Assembly (NCBI GenBank): GCA_964016885.1
Contig: CAXHJY010000696.1
Coordinates: 1 to 64,000, forward strand
Direction of reading: 5' to 3'
Origin: Eledone cirrhosa
Taxonomy: Eukaryota
Length of the DNA stretch: 64,000 nucleotides
Below the pieces are notes generated by a model. That model had not been told where the DNA came from. It saw only the letters and a program-made list of their open reading frames with translations, and searched no databases. Below are positions 14,422-27,190 of the stretch, one piece after another (position 1 is the first letter of the stretch; each line of letters starts with the position of its first letter). The translations under genes were made by a program, and so were the position numbers.

Positions 14422-17400
14422 GAACGACGGAAGGAGTGGAAGGAAGTATGGTTGTAATGATGTATTGAAGGAAGGAGTGGAAAGGAACTATGACTGTAAT
14501 GATGTATTGAAGGAAGGAGTGGAAGGAAGTATGACTGTAAGGATGTATTGAAGGAAGGAGTGGTAGGAAGTATGACTGTAATGATGTATTGAAGGAAGGA
14601 AGGAGTAGAAGGAAGTATGACTGTAATGATGTATTGAATGAAGGAAGGAGAGGAAGGAAGTATGACTGTAATGATGTATTGAAGGAAGGAAGGAGTGAAA
14701 GGAAGTAAGACTGTAATGATATATTGAAGGAAGGAAGGAAAGAGTGCAAGGAAGTATGACTGTAATGATGTATTGAAGGAAGGAAGGAAGGAAGGAGTGG
14801 AAGGAAGAATGACTGTAATGATGTATTGAAGGAAGGAAGGAGTGGAAAGGAAGTATGACTGTAATGATGTATTGAAGGAAGGAAGGAGTGGAAGGAAGTA
14901 TGTCTGTAATGATGTATTGAAGGAAGGAAGGAGTGGAAGGAAGTATGTCTGTAATGATGTATTGAAGGAAGGAAGAAAGGAGTGGAAGGAAGTATGACTG
15001 TAATGACGTATTGAAGTAAGGAATGAGTGGAAGGAAGTATGTCTGTAATGATGTATTGAAGGAGGGAAGGAAGGAGTGGAAGGAAGTATGTCTGTAATGA
15101 TGTATTGAAGGAAGGAAGGAGTGGAATGAAGTATGACTGTAATGATGTATTGAAGGAAGGAAGGAGTGGAAAGATGTATGACTGTAATGATGTATTGAAG
15201 GAAGGAAGGAGTGGAAGGAAGTATGACTGTAATGATGTATTGAAGGAAGGAAGGAGTGGAAGGAAGTATGACTGTAATGACGTATTGAAGTAAGGAATGA
15301 GTGGAAGGAAGTATGTCTGTAATGATGTATTGAAGGAGGGAAGGAAGGAGTGGAAGGAAGTATGTCTGTAATGATGTATTGAAGGAAGGAAGGAGTGGAA
15401 TGAAGTATGACTGTACTGAGGTATTGAAGGAAGGAAGGAGTGGAAGGAAGTATGACTGTAATGACGTATTGAAGGAAGGAAGGAGTGGAAGGAAGTATGA
15501 CTGTAATGATGTATTGAAGGAAGGAAGGAGTGGAAGGAAGTATGTCTGTAATGATGTATTGAAGGAGGGATGGAAGGAGTGGAAGGAAGTATGACTGTCA
15601 TGATGTATTGAAGGAAGGAAGGAAGGAGTGGAAGGAAGTATGACTGTAATGATGTATTGAAAGAAGGAAGGAGTGGAAGGAAGTATTCTTTAATGATGTA
15701 TTGAATGAGGGAAGGAAGGAGTGGAAGGAAGTATGACTGTAATGATGTATTGAAGGAAGGAAGGAAGGAGTGGAAGGAGGTATGACTGTAATGATGTATT
15801 GAAGGAAGGAAGGAGTGGAAGGAAGTATGACTCTAATGATGTATTGAAGGAAGGAAGGAGTGGATGGTAATATGACTGTAATGATGTATTGAAAGAAGGA
15901 AGGAGTAGAAGGAAGTATTCTTTAATGATGTATTGAATGAGGGAAGGAAGGAGTGGAAGGAAGTATGACTGTAATGATGTATTGAAGGAATGAAGGAAGG
16001 AGTGGAAGGAGGTATGACTGTAATGATGTATTGAAGGAAGGAAGGAGTGGAAGGAAGTATGACTCTAATGATGTATTGAAGGAAGGAAGGAGTGGATGGT
16101 AATATGACTGTAATGATGTATTGAAGGAGGGAAGGAAGGAGTGGAAGAAAGTATGACTGTAATGATGTACTGAAAGAGGGAAGAAGTGGCAGGAAGTATG
16201 TATGTAATGATGAAATGAAGGAGGGAAGGAAGGAGTGGAAGGAAGTATGACCGTAATGATGTATTGAAGGAAGGAAGGAGTGGAAGGAAGTATGACTGTA
16301 ATGATGTATTGAAGGAGGGAAGGAAGGAGTGGAAGGAAGTACGTCTGTAATGATGTATTGTAGGAAGGAAGGAGTGGAAGGAAATATGTCTGTAATGATA
16401 TATTGAAGGAGAGAAGAAAGGAGTGGAAGGAAGTATGACTGTAATGATGTATTGAAGGAGGGAAGGAAGGAGTGGAAGGAGGTATGACTGTAATGATGTA
16501 TTGAAGGAAGGAAGGAGTGGAAGGAAGTATGACTGTAATGATGTATTGAAGGAAGGAAGGAGTGGATGGAAATATGACTGTAATGATGTATTGAAGGAGG
16601 GAAGGAAGGAGTGGAAGAAAGTATGACTGTAATGATGTACTGAAAGAGGGAAGGTGTGGAAGGAAGTATGTCTGTAATGATGTATTGAAGGAGGGAAGAA
16701 AGGAGTGGAATGAAGTATGGCCGTAATGATGTATTGAAGGAAGGAAGGAGTGGAAGGAAGTATGACTGTAATGATGTATTGAAGAAAGGAAGGAGTGGAA
16801 GGAAGTATGACTGTAATGATGTATTGAAGGAAGGAAGGAGTGGAAGGAAGTATGACTGTAATGATGTATTGAAGGAGGAAAGGAAGGAGTGGATGGAAGT
16901 ACGACTGTAATGATGTATTGAAGGAGGGAAGGAAGGAGTGGAAGCAAGTATGACTGTAATGATGTATTGAACGACGGAAGGAGTGGAAGGAAGTATGGTT
17001 GTAATGATGTATTGAAGGAAGGAGTAGAAGGAAGTATGACTATAATGATGTATTGAATGAAGGAAGGAGAGGAAGGAAGTAAGACTGTATTGATATATTG
17101 AAGTAAGGAAGGAAAGAGTGCAAGGAAGTATGACTGTAATGATGTATTGAAGGAAGGAAGGAAGGAGTGGAAGGAAGAATGACTGTAATGATGTATTGAA
17201 GGAAGGAAGGAGTGGAAAGGAAGTATGACTGTAATGATGTATTGAAGGAAGGAAGGAGTGGAAGGAAGTATGTCTGTAATGATGTATTGAAGGAAGGAAG
17301 GAGTGGAAGGAAGTATGACTGTAATGATGTATTGAAGGAAGGAAGGAGTGGAAGGAAGTATGTCTGTAATGATGTATTGAAGGAAGGAAGAAAGGAGTGG

Positions 17401-18440
17401 AAGGAAGTATGACTGTAATGATGTATTGAAGGAAGGAAGGAGTGGAAGGAAGTATGTCTGTAATGATGTATTGAAGGAAGGAAGAAAGGAGTGGAAGGAA
17501 GTATGACTGTAATGACGTATTGAAGTAAGGAATGAGTGGAAGGAAGTATGTCTGTAATGATGTATTGAAGGAGGGAAGGAAGAAGTGGAAGGAAGTATGT
17601 ATTGAAGGAAGGAAGGAGTGGAAGGAAGTATGACTGTAATGATGTATTGAAGGAAGGAAGGAGTGGAGAGATGTATGACTGTAATGATGTATTGAAGGAA
17701 GGAAGGAGTGGAAGGAAGTATGACTGTAATGACGTATTGAAGGAAGGAAGGAGTGGAAGGAAGTATGACTGTAATGATGTATTGAAGGAAGGAAGGAGTG
17801 GAAGGAAGTATGACTGTAATGATGTATTGAAAGAAGGAAGGAGTGGAAGGAAGTATTCTTTAATGATGTATTGAATGAGGGAAGGAAGGAGTGGAAGGAA
17901 GTATGACTGTAATGATGTATTGAAGGAAGGAAGGAAGGAGTGGAAGGAGGTATGACTGTAATGATGTATTGAAGGAAGGAAGGAGTGGATGGTAATATGA
18001 CTGTAATGATGTATTGAAGGAGGGAAGGAAGGAGTGGAAGAAACTATGACTGTAATGATGTACTGAAAGAGGGAAGAAGTGGCAGGAAGTATGTATGTAA
18101 TGATGAAATGAAGGAGGGAAGGAAGGAGTGGAAGGAAGTATGACCGTAATGATGTATTGAAGGAAGGAAGGAGTGGAAGGAAGTATGACTGTAATGATGT
18201 ATTGAAGGAGGGAAGGAAGGAGTGGAAGGAAGTACGTCTGTAATGATGTATTGTAGGAAGGAAGGAGTTGAAGGAAATATGTCTGTAATGATATATTGAA
18301 GGAGAGAAGAAAGGAGTGGAAGGAAGTATGACTGTAATGATGTATTGAAGGAGGGAATGAAGGAGTGGAAGGAGGTATGACTGTAATGATGTATTGAAGG
18401 AAGGAAGGAGTGGAAGGAAGTATGACTGTAATGATGTATT

Positions 18441-20400
18441 GAACGACGGAAGGAGTGGAAGGAAGTATGGTTGTAATGATGTATTGAAGGAAGGAGTGGA
18501 AAGGAACTATGACTGTAATGATGTATTGAAGGAAGGAGTGGAAGGAAGTATGACTGTAAGGATGTATTGAAGGAAGGAAGGAGTAGAAGGAACTATGACT
18601 GTAATGATGTATTGAAGGAAGGAGTGGAAGGAAGTATGACTGTAAGGATGTATTGAAGGAAGGAGTGGAAAGGAAGTATGACTGTAATGATGTATTGAAG
18701 GAAGGAAGGAGTAGAAGGAAGTATGACTGTAATGATGTATTGAATGAAGGAAGGAGAGGAAGGAAGTATGACTGTAATGATGTATTGAAGGAAGGAAGGA
18801 GTGAAAGGAAGTATGACTGTAATGATGTATTGAAGGAAGGAAAGAAGGAGTGGAAGGAAGAATGACTGTAATGATGTATTGAAGGAAGGAAGGAGTGGAA
18901 GGAAGTATGTATGTAATGATGTATTGAAGGAAGGAAGGAGTGGAAGGAAGTATGTCTGTAATGATGTATTGAAGGAAGGAAGAAAGGAGTGGAAGGAAGT
19001 ATGACTGTAATGATGTATTGAAGGAAGGAGTGGAAGGAAGTATGTCTGTAATGATGTATTGAAGGAGGGAAGGAAGGAGTGGAAGGAAGTATGTATGTAA
19101 TGATGTATTGAAGGAAGGAGGGAGTGGGAGGAAGTATGACTGTAATGATGTATTGAAGGAAGGAAGGAGTGGAAGAAAGTATGACTGTAATGATGTATTG
19201 TAGGAAGGAAGGAGTTGAAGGAAATATGTCTGTAATGATATATTGAAGGAGAGAAGAAAGGAGTGGAAGGAGGTATGACTGTAATGATGTATTGAAGGAA
19301 GGAAGGAGTGGAAGGAAGTATGACTGTAATGATGTATTGAAGGAAGGAAGGAGTGGAAGAAAGTATGACTGTAATGATGTATTGATGGAGGGAAGGAAGG
19401 AGTGGAAGGAGGTATGACTGTAATGATGTATTGAAGGAAGGAAGGAGTGGAAGGAAGTATGACTGTAATGATGTATTGAAGGAAGGAAGGAGTGGATGGA
19501 AATATGACTGTAATGATGTATTGAAGGAGGGAAGGAAGGGGTGGAAGAAAGTATGATTGTAATGATGTATTGAAGGAGGGAAGAAAATAGTGGAATGAAG
19601 TATGACCGTAATGATGTATTGAAGGAAGGAAGGAGTGGAAGGAAGTATGAATGTAATGATGTATTGAATGGGGGAAGGAAGGAGTGAAAGGAAGTACGAC
19701 TGTAATGATGTATTGAATGAGGCAAGGAAGGAGTGGAAGGAAGTATGACTGTAATGATGTATTGAAGGAAGGAAGGAGTGGAAGGAAGTATGACTGTAAT
19801 GATGTATTGAAGGAGGAAAGGAAGGAGTGGATGGAAGTACGACTGTAATGATGTATTGAACGACGGAAGGAGTGGAAGGAAGTATGGTTGTAATGATGTA
19901 TTGAAGGAAGGAGTGGAAAGGAACTATGACTGTAATGATGTATTGAAGGAAGGAGTGGAAGGAAGTATGACTGTAAGGATGTATTGAAGGAAGGAAGGAG
20001 TAGAAGGAACTATGACTGTAATGATGTATTGAAGGAAGGAGTGGAAGGAAGTATGACTGTAAGGATGTATTGAAGGAAGGAGTGGAAAGGAAGTATGACT
20101 GTAATGATGTATTGAAGGAAGGAAGGAGTAGAAGGAAGTATGACTGTAATGATGTATTGAATGAAGGAAGGAGAGGAAGGAAGTATGACTGTAATGATGT
20201 ATTGAAGGAAGGAAGGAGTGAAAGGAAGTAAGACTGTAATGATATATTGAAGGAAGGAAGGAAAGAGTGCAAGGAAGTATGACTGTAATGATGTATTGAA
20301 GGAAGGAAAGAAGGAGTGGAAGGAAGAATGACTGTAATGATGTATTGAAGGAAGGAAGGAGTGGAAGGAAGTATGTATGTAATGATGTATTGAAGGAAGG
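18441..20400. repeat. Direct repeat of a ~0.5-kb variant block at 1417-bp spacing
   Basis: GAACGACGGA at 18441/19858 and GAGTAGAAGGAACTAT at 18581/19998, both +1417. Confidence 0.85.
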
Positions 20401-23400
20401 AAGGAGTGGAAGGAAGTATGTCTGTAATGATGTATTGAAGGAAGGAAGGAGTGGAAGGAAGTATGTCTGTAATGATGTATTGAAGGAGGGAAGGAAGGAG
20501 TGGAAGGAAGTATGTATGTAATGATGTATTGAAGGAAGGAAGGAGTGGAAGGAAGTATGACTGTAATGATGTATTGAAGGAAGGAAGGAGTGGAAATATG
20601 TATGACTGTAATGATGTATTGAAGGAAGGAAGGAGTGGAAGGAAGTATGACTGTAATGATGTATTGAAGGAAGGAAGGAGTGGAAGGAAGTATGTCTGTA
20701 ATGATGTATTGAAGGAGGGATGGAAGGAGTGGAAGGAAGTATGACTGTAATGATGCATTGAAGGAAGGAAGGAAGGAGTGGAAGGAAGTATGACTGTAAT
20801 GATGTATTGAAGGAAGGAAGGAAGGAGTGGAAGGAAGTATGACTGTAATGATGTATTGAGGGAAGGAAGGAAGGAGTGGAAGGAAGTATGACTGTAATGA
20901 TGTATTGAAGGAAGGAAGGAAGGAGTGGAAGGAAGTATGACTGTAATGATGTATTGAAGGAAGGAAGGAAGGAGTGGAAGGAAGTATGACTGTAATGATG
21001 TATTGAAGGAAGGAAGGAGTGGAAGGAAGTATGACTGTAATGATGTATTGAAGGAAGGACGAAGTGGAAGGAAGTATGACTGTAATGATGTATTGAAGGA
21101 AGGAAGGAAGGAGGGGAAGAAAGTATGACTGTAATGATGTATTGAAGGAAGGACGAAGTGGAAGGAAGTATGACTGTAATGATGTATTGAAGGAGTGAAG
21201 GAAGGAGTGGAAGGAAGTATGTCTGTAATGATGTATTGAAGGAAGGAAGGAGTGGAAGGAAGTATGACTGTAATGATGTATTGAAGGAAGGAAGGAAGGA
21301 GTGGAAGGAAGTATGACTGTAATGATGTATTGAAGGAGTGAAGGAAGGAGTGGAAGGAAGTATGACTGTAATGATGCATTGAAGGAAGGAAGGAAGGAGT
21401 GGAAGGAAGTATGACTGTAATGATGTATTGAAGGAGGGAAGGACGGAGTGGAAGGAAGTATGACTGTAATGATGTATTGAAGGAGTGAAGGAAGGAGTGG
21501 AAGGAAGTATGACTGTAATGATGTATTGAAGGAAGGAAGGAAGGAGTGGAAGGAAGTATGACTGTAATGATGTATTGAAGGAGTGAAGGAAGGAGTGGAA
21601 GGAAGTATGACTGTAATGATGCATTGAAGGAAGGAAGGAAGGAGTGGAAGGAAGTATGACTGTAAGGATGTATTTAAGGAAGGAATGAGTGGAAGGAAGT
21701 ATGACTGTAATGATGTATTGAAGGAAGCAAGGAGTTGAAGGAAGTATGACTGTGATGATGTATTGAAGGAAGGAAGGAGAGGAAGAAAGTATGACTGTAA
21801 TGATGTATTGAAGGAAGGAAGGAAGGAGTGGAAGGAAGTATGACTGTAATGATGTATTGAAGGAAGCAAGGAGTTGAAGGAAGTATGACTGTGATGATGT
21901 ATTGAAGGAAGGAAGGAGTGGAAGGAATTATGACTGTGATGATGTATTGAAGGAAGGAAGGAGTGGAAGGAAGTATGTCTGTAATGATGTATTGAAGGAA
22001 GGAAGGAAGGAGTGTAAGGAAGTATGACTGTAATGATGTATTGAAGGCAGGAAGAAGTGGAAGGAAGTATGACTGTAATGATGTACTGAAAGAGGGAAGA
22101 AGTGGCAGGAAGTATGTATGTAATGATGAAATGAAGGAGGGAAGGAAGGAGTGGAAGGAAATATGACTGTAATGATGCATTGAAGGAAGGAAGGAGTGAA
22201 AGGAAGTATGACTGTAATGATGTATTGAAGGAACGAAGGAAGGAGTGGAAGGAACTATGACTGTGATGATGAATTGAAGGAAGGAAGGAGTGGAAGGAAG
22301 TATGTCTGTAATGATGTATTGAAGGAAGGAGTGGAAGGAAGTACGTCTGTAATGATGTATTCTAGGAAGGAAGGAGTTGAAGGAAATATGTCTGTAATGA
22401 TGTATTGAAGGAAGGAAGGAGTGGAAGGAAGTATGTCTGTAATGATGTATTGAAGGAAGGAAGGAGTGGAAGGAAGTATGACTGTAATGATGTATTGAAG
22501 GAAGGAAGGAGTGGAAGGAAGTATGACTGTAATGATGTATTGAAGGAAGGAGGGAGTGGAAGGAAGTATGACTGTAATGATGTATTGAAGGAAGGAAGGA
22601 GTGGAAGGAAGTATGACTGTAATGATGTATTGAAGGAAGGAAGGAGTGGAAGGAAGTATGTCTGTAATGATGTATTGAAGGAAGGAAGGAGTGGAAGAAA
22701 GTATGACTGTAATGATGTATTGAAGGAAGGAAGGAAGGAGTGGAAGGAAGTATGACTGTAATGATGTATTGAAGGAAGGAGGGAGTGGGAGGAAGTATGA
22801 CTGTAATGATGTATTGAAGGAAGGAAGGAGTGGAAGAAAGTATGACTGTAATGATGTATTGAAGGAAGGAGTGGAAGGAAGTATGTCTGTAATGATGTAT
22901 TGATGGAGGGAAGGAAGGAGTGGAAGGAGGTATGACTGTAATGATGTATTGAATGAAGGAAGGAGTGGAAGGAAGTATGACTGTAATGATGCATTGAAGG
23001 AAGGAAGGAGTGGATGGAAATATGACTGTAATGATGTATTGAAGGAGGGAAGGAAGGAGTGGAAGAAAGTATGACTGTAATGATGTACTGAAAGAGGGAA
23101 GGTGTGGAAGGAAGTATGTCTGTAATGATGTATTGAAGGAGGGAAGAAAATAGTGGAATGAAGTATGACCGTAATGATATATTGAAGGAAGGAAGGAGTG
23201 GAAGGAAGTATGAATGTAATGATGTATTGAATGGGGGAAGGAAGGAGTGAAAGGAAGTACGACTGTAATGATGTATTGAATGAGGCAAGGAAGGAGTGGA
23301 AGGAAGTATGACTGTAATGATGTATTGAAGGAAGGAAGGAGTGGCAGGAAGTATGACTGTAATGATGTATTGAAGGAGGAAAGGAAGGAGTGGATGGAAG

Positions 23401-26400
23401 TACGACTGTAATGATGTATTGAAGGAGGGAAGGAAGGAGTGGAAGGAAGTATGACTGTAATGATGTATTGAACGACGGAAGGGGTGGAAGGAAGTATGGT
23501 TGTAATGATGTATTGAAGGAAGGAGTGGAAAGGAACTATGACTGTAATGATGTATTGAAGGAAGGAGTGGAAGGAAGTATGAATGTAAGGATGTATTGAA
23601 GGAAGGAGTGGTAGGAAGTATGACTGTAATGATGTATTGAAGGAAGGAAGGAGTAGAAGGAAGTATGACTGTAATGATGTATTGAATGAAGGAAGGAGAG
23701 GAAGGAAGTATGACTGTAATGATGTATTGAAGGAAGGAAGGAGTGAAAGGAAGTAAGACTGTAATGATATATTGAAGGAAGGAAGGAAAGAGTGCAAGGA
23801 AGTATGACTGTAATGATGTATTGAAGGAAGGAAAGAAGGAGTGGAAGGAAGAATGACTGTAATGATGTATTGAAGGAAGGAAGGAGTGGAAAGGAAGTAT
23901 GACTGTAATGATGTATTGAAGGAAGGAAGGAGTGGAAAGGAAGTATGTCTGTAATGATGTATTGAAGTAAGGAAGGAGTGGAAGGAAGTATGACTGTAAT
24001 GATGTATTGAAGGAAGGAATGAGTGGAAGGAAGTATGTCTGTAATGATGTATTGAAGGAAGGAAGAAAGGAGTGGAAGGAAGTATGTCTGTAATGATATA
24101 TTGAAGGAAGGAAGGAGTGGAAGGAAGTATGTCTGTAATGATGTATTGAAGGAAGGAAGAAAGGAGTGGAAGGAAGTATGTCTGTAATGATGTATTGAAG
24201 GAAGGAATGAGTGGAAGGAAGTATGTCTGTAATGATGTATTGAAGTAAGGAATGAGTGGAAGGAAGTATGTCTGTAATGATGTATTGAAGGAGGGATGGA
24301 AGAAGTGGAAGGAAGTATGTCTGTAATGATGTATTGAAGGAAGGAAGGAGTGGAAGGAAGTATGACTGTAATGATGTATTGAAGGAAGGAAGGAGTGGAA
24401 AGATGTATGACTGTAATGATGTATTGAAGGAAGGAAGGAGTGGAAGGAAGTATGACTGTAATGACGTATTGAAGGAAGGAAGGAGTGGAAGGAAGTATGA
24501 CTGTAATGATGTATTGAAGGAAGGAAGGAGTGGAAGGAAGTATGTCTGTAATGATGTATTGAAGGAAGGAAGGAGTGGAAGGAAGTATGACTGTAATGAT
24601 GTATTGAAGGAAGGAAGGAGTGGAAGGAAGTATGACTGTAATGATGTATTGAAGGAAGGAAGGAAGGAGTGGAAGGAAGTATGACTGTAATGATGTATTG
24701 AAGGAAGGAAGGAGTGGAAGGGAGTATGTCTGTAATGATGTATTGAAGGAGGGATGGAAGGAGTGGAAGGAAGTATGACTGTCATGATGTATTGAAGGAA
24801 GGAAGGAAGGAGTGGAAGGAAGTATGACTGTAATGATGTATTGAAGGACGGAAGGAAGGCGTCGAAGGAAGTATGCCTGTAATGATGTATTGAAGGAGGG
24901 AAGGAAGGAGTGGAAGGAAGTATGACTGTAATGATGTATTGAAGGAAGGAAGGAGTGGATGGAAGTATGTCTGTAATGATATATTGAAGGAGGGAAGGAA
25001 GGAGGGGAAGAAAGTATGACTGTAATGATGTATTGAAGGAAGGAAGAAGTGGAAGGAAGTATGACTGTAATGATGTATTGAAGGAAGGAAGGAGTGGAAG
25101 GAAGTATGACTGTAATGATGTATTGAAGGAAGGAAGAAGTGGAAGGAAGTATGACTGTAATGATGTATTGAAGGAAGGAAGGAGTGGAAGGAAGTATGAC
25201 TGTAATGATGTATTGAAGGAAGGAAGGAAGGAGTGGAAGGAAGTATGACTGTAATGATGTATTGAAGGAAGGAAGGAGTGGAAGGGAGTATGACTGTAAT
25301 GATGTATTGAAGGAGGGAAGGAAGGCGTCGAAGGAAATATGACTGTAATGATGTATTGAAGGAAGGAGTGGAAGGAAGTATGACTGTAATGATGTATTGA
25401 AGGAAGCAAGGAGTGGAAGGAAGTATGACTGTAATGACGTATTGAAGGAAGGAGTGGAAGGAAGTATGTCTGTAATGATTTATTGAAGGAAGGAGTTGAA
25501 GGAAGTATGACTGTAATGATGTATTGAAGGAAGGAAGGAGTGGAAGGAAGTATGACTGTAATGATGTATTGAAGGAGGGAAGGAAGGCGTCGAAGGAAAT
25601 ATGACTGTAATGATGTATTGAAGGAAGGAGTGGAAGGAAGTATGACTGTAATGATGTATTGAAGGAATGAAGGAGTGGAAGGAAGTATGACTGTAATGAT
25701 GTATTGAAGGAGGGAAGGAAGGCGTCGAAGGAAGTATGACTGTAATGATGTATTGAAGGAAGGAAGGAGTGGAAGGAAGTATGACTGTAATGATGTATTG
25801 AAGGAAGGAAGGAGTGGAAGGAAGTATGACTGTAATGACGTATTGAAGGAAGGAGTGGAAGGAAGTATGTCTGTAATGATTTATTGAAGGAAGGAGTTGA
25901 AGGAAGTATGACTGTAATGATGTATTGAAGGAGGGAAGGAAGGCGTCGAAGGAAGTATGACTGTAATGATGTATTGAAGGAAGGAAGGAGTGGAAGGAAG
26001 TATGACTGTAATGATGTATTGAAGGAAGGAAGGAGTGGAAGGAAGTATGACTGTAATGATGTATTGAAGGAAGGAAGGAGTGGAAGGAAGTATGACTGTA
26101 ATGACGTATTGAAGGAAGGAAGGAGTGGAAGGAAGTATGACTGTAATGATGTATTGAAGGAGGGAAGGAAGGCGTCGAAGGAAGTATGACTGTAATGATG
26201 TATTGAAGGAAGGAAGGAGTGGAAGGAAGTATGACTGTAATGATGTATTGAAGGAAGGAAGGAGTGGAAGGAAGTATGACTGTAATGATGTATTGAAGGA
26301 AGGAAGGAGTGGAAGGAAGTATGACTGTAATGACGTATTGAAGGAAGGAGTGGAAGGAAGTATGACTGTAATGATTTATTGAAGGAAGGAGTTGAAGGAA

Positions 26401-26820
26401 GTATGACTGTAATGATGTATTGAAGGAGGGAAGGAAGGCGTCGAAGGAAGTATGACTGTAATGATGTATTGAAGGAATGAAGGAGTGGAAGGAAGTATGA
26501 CTGTAATGATGTATTGAAGGAGGGAAGGAAGGCGTCGAAGGAAGTATGACTGTAATGATGTATTGAAGGAAGGAAGGAGTGGAAGGAAGTATGACTGTAA
26601 TGATGTATTGAAGGAGGGAAGGAAGGCGTCGAAGGAAGTATGACTGTAATGATGTATTGAAGGAAGGAAGGAGTGGAAGGAAGTATGACTGTAATGATGT
26701 ATTGAAGGAAGGAAGGAGTGGAAGGAAGTATGACTGTAATGACGTATTGAAGGAAGGAGTGGAAGGAAGTATGTCTGTAATGATTTATTGAAGGAAGGAG
26801 TTGAAGGAAGTATGACTGTA

Positions 26821-27190
26821 ATGATGTATTGAAGGAAGGAAGGAGTGGAAGGAAGTATGACAGTAATGATGTATTGAAGGAAGGAAGGAGTGGAAGGAAG
26901 TATGACTGTAATGACGTATTGAAGGAAGGAAGGAGTGGAAGGAAGTATGACAGTAATGATGTATTGAAGGAAGGAAGGAGTGGAAGGAAGTATGACTGTA
27001 ATGATGTATTGAAGGAAGGAAGGAGTGGAAGGAAGTATGACAGTAATGATGTATTGAAGGAAGGAAGGAGTGGAAGGAAGTATGACTGTAATGACGTATT
27101 GAAGGAAGGAAGGAGTGGAAGGAAGTATGACAGTAATGATGTATTGAAGGAAGGAAGGAGTGGAAGGAAGTATGACTGTAATGATGTATT
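26821..27190. repeat. 180-bp tetramer repeated twice, with nested 90-bp GACAGT/GACTGT alternation
   Basis: The 60-mers starting at 26821, 26881 and 26941 are identical to those at 27001, 27061 and 27121. Confidence 0.9.
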
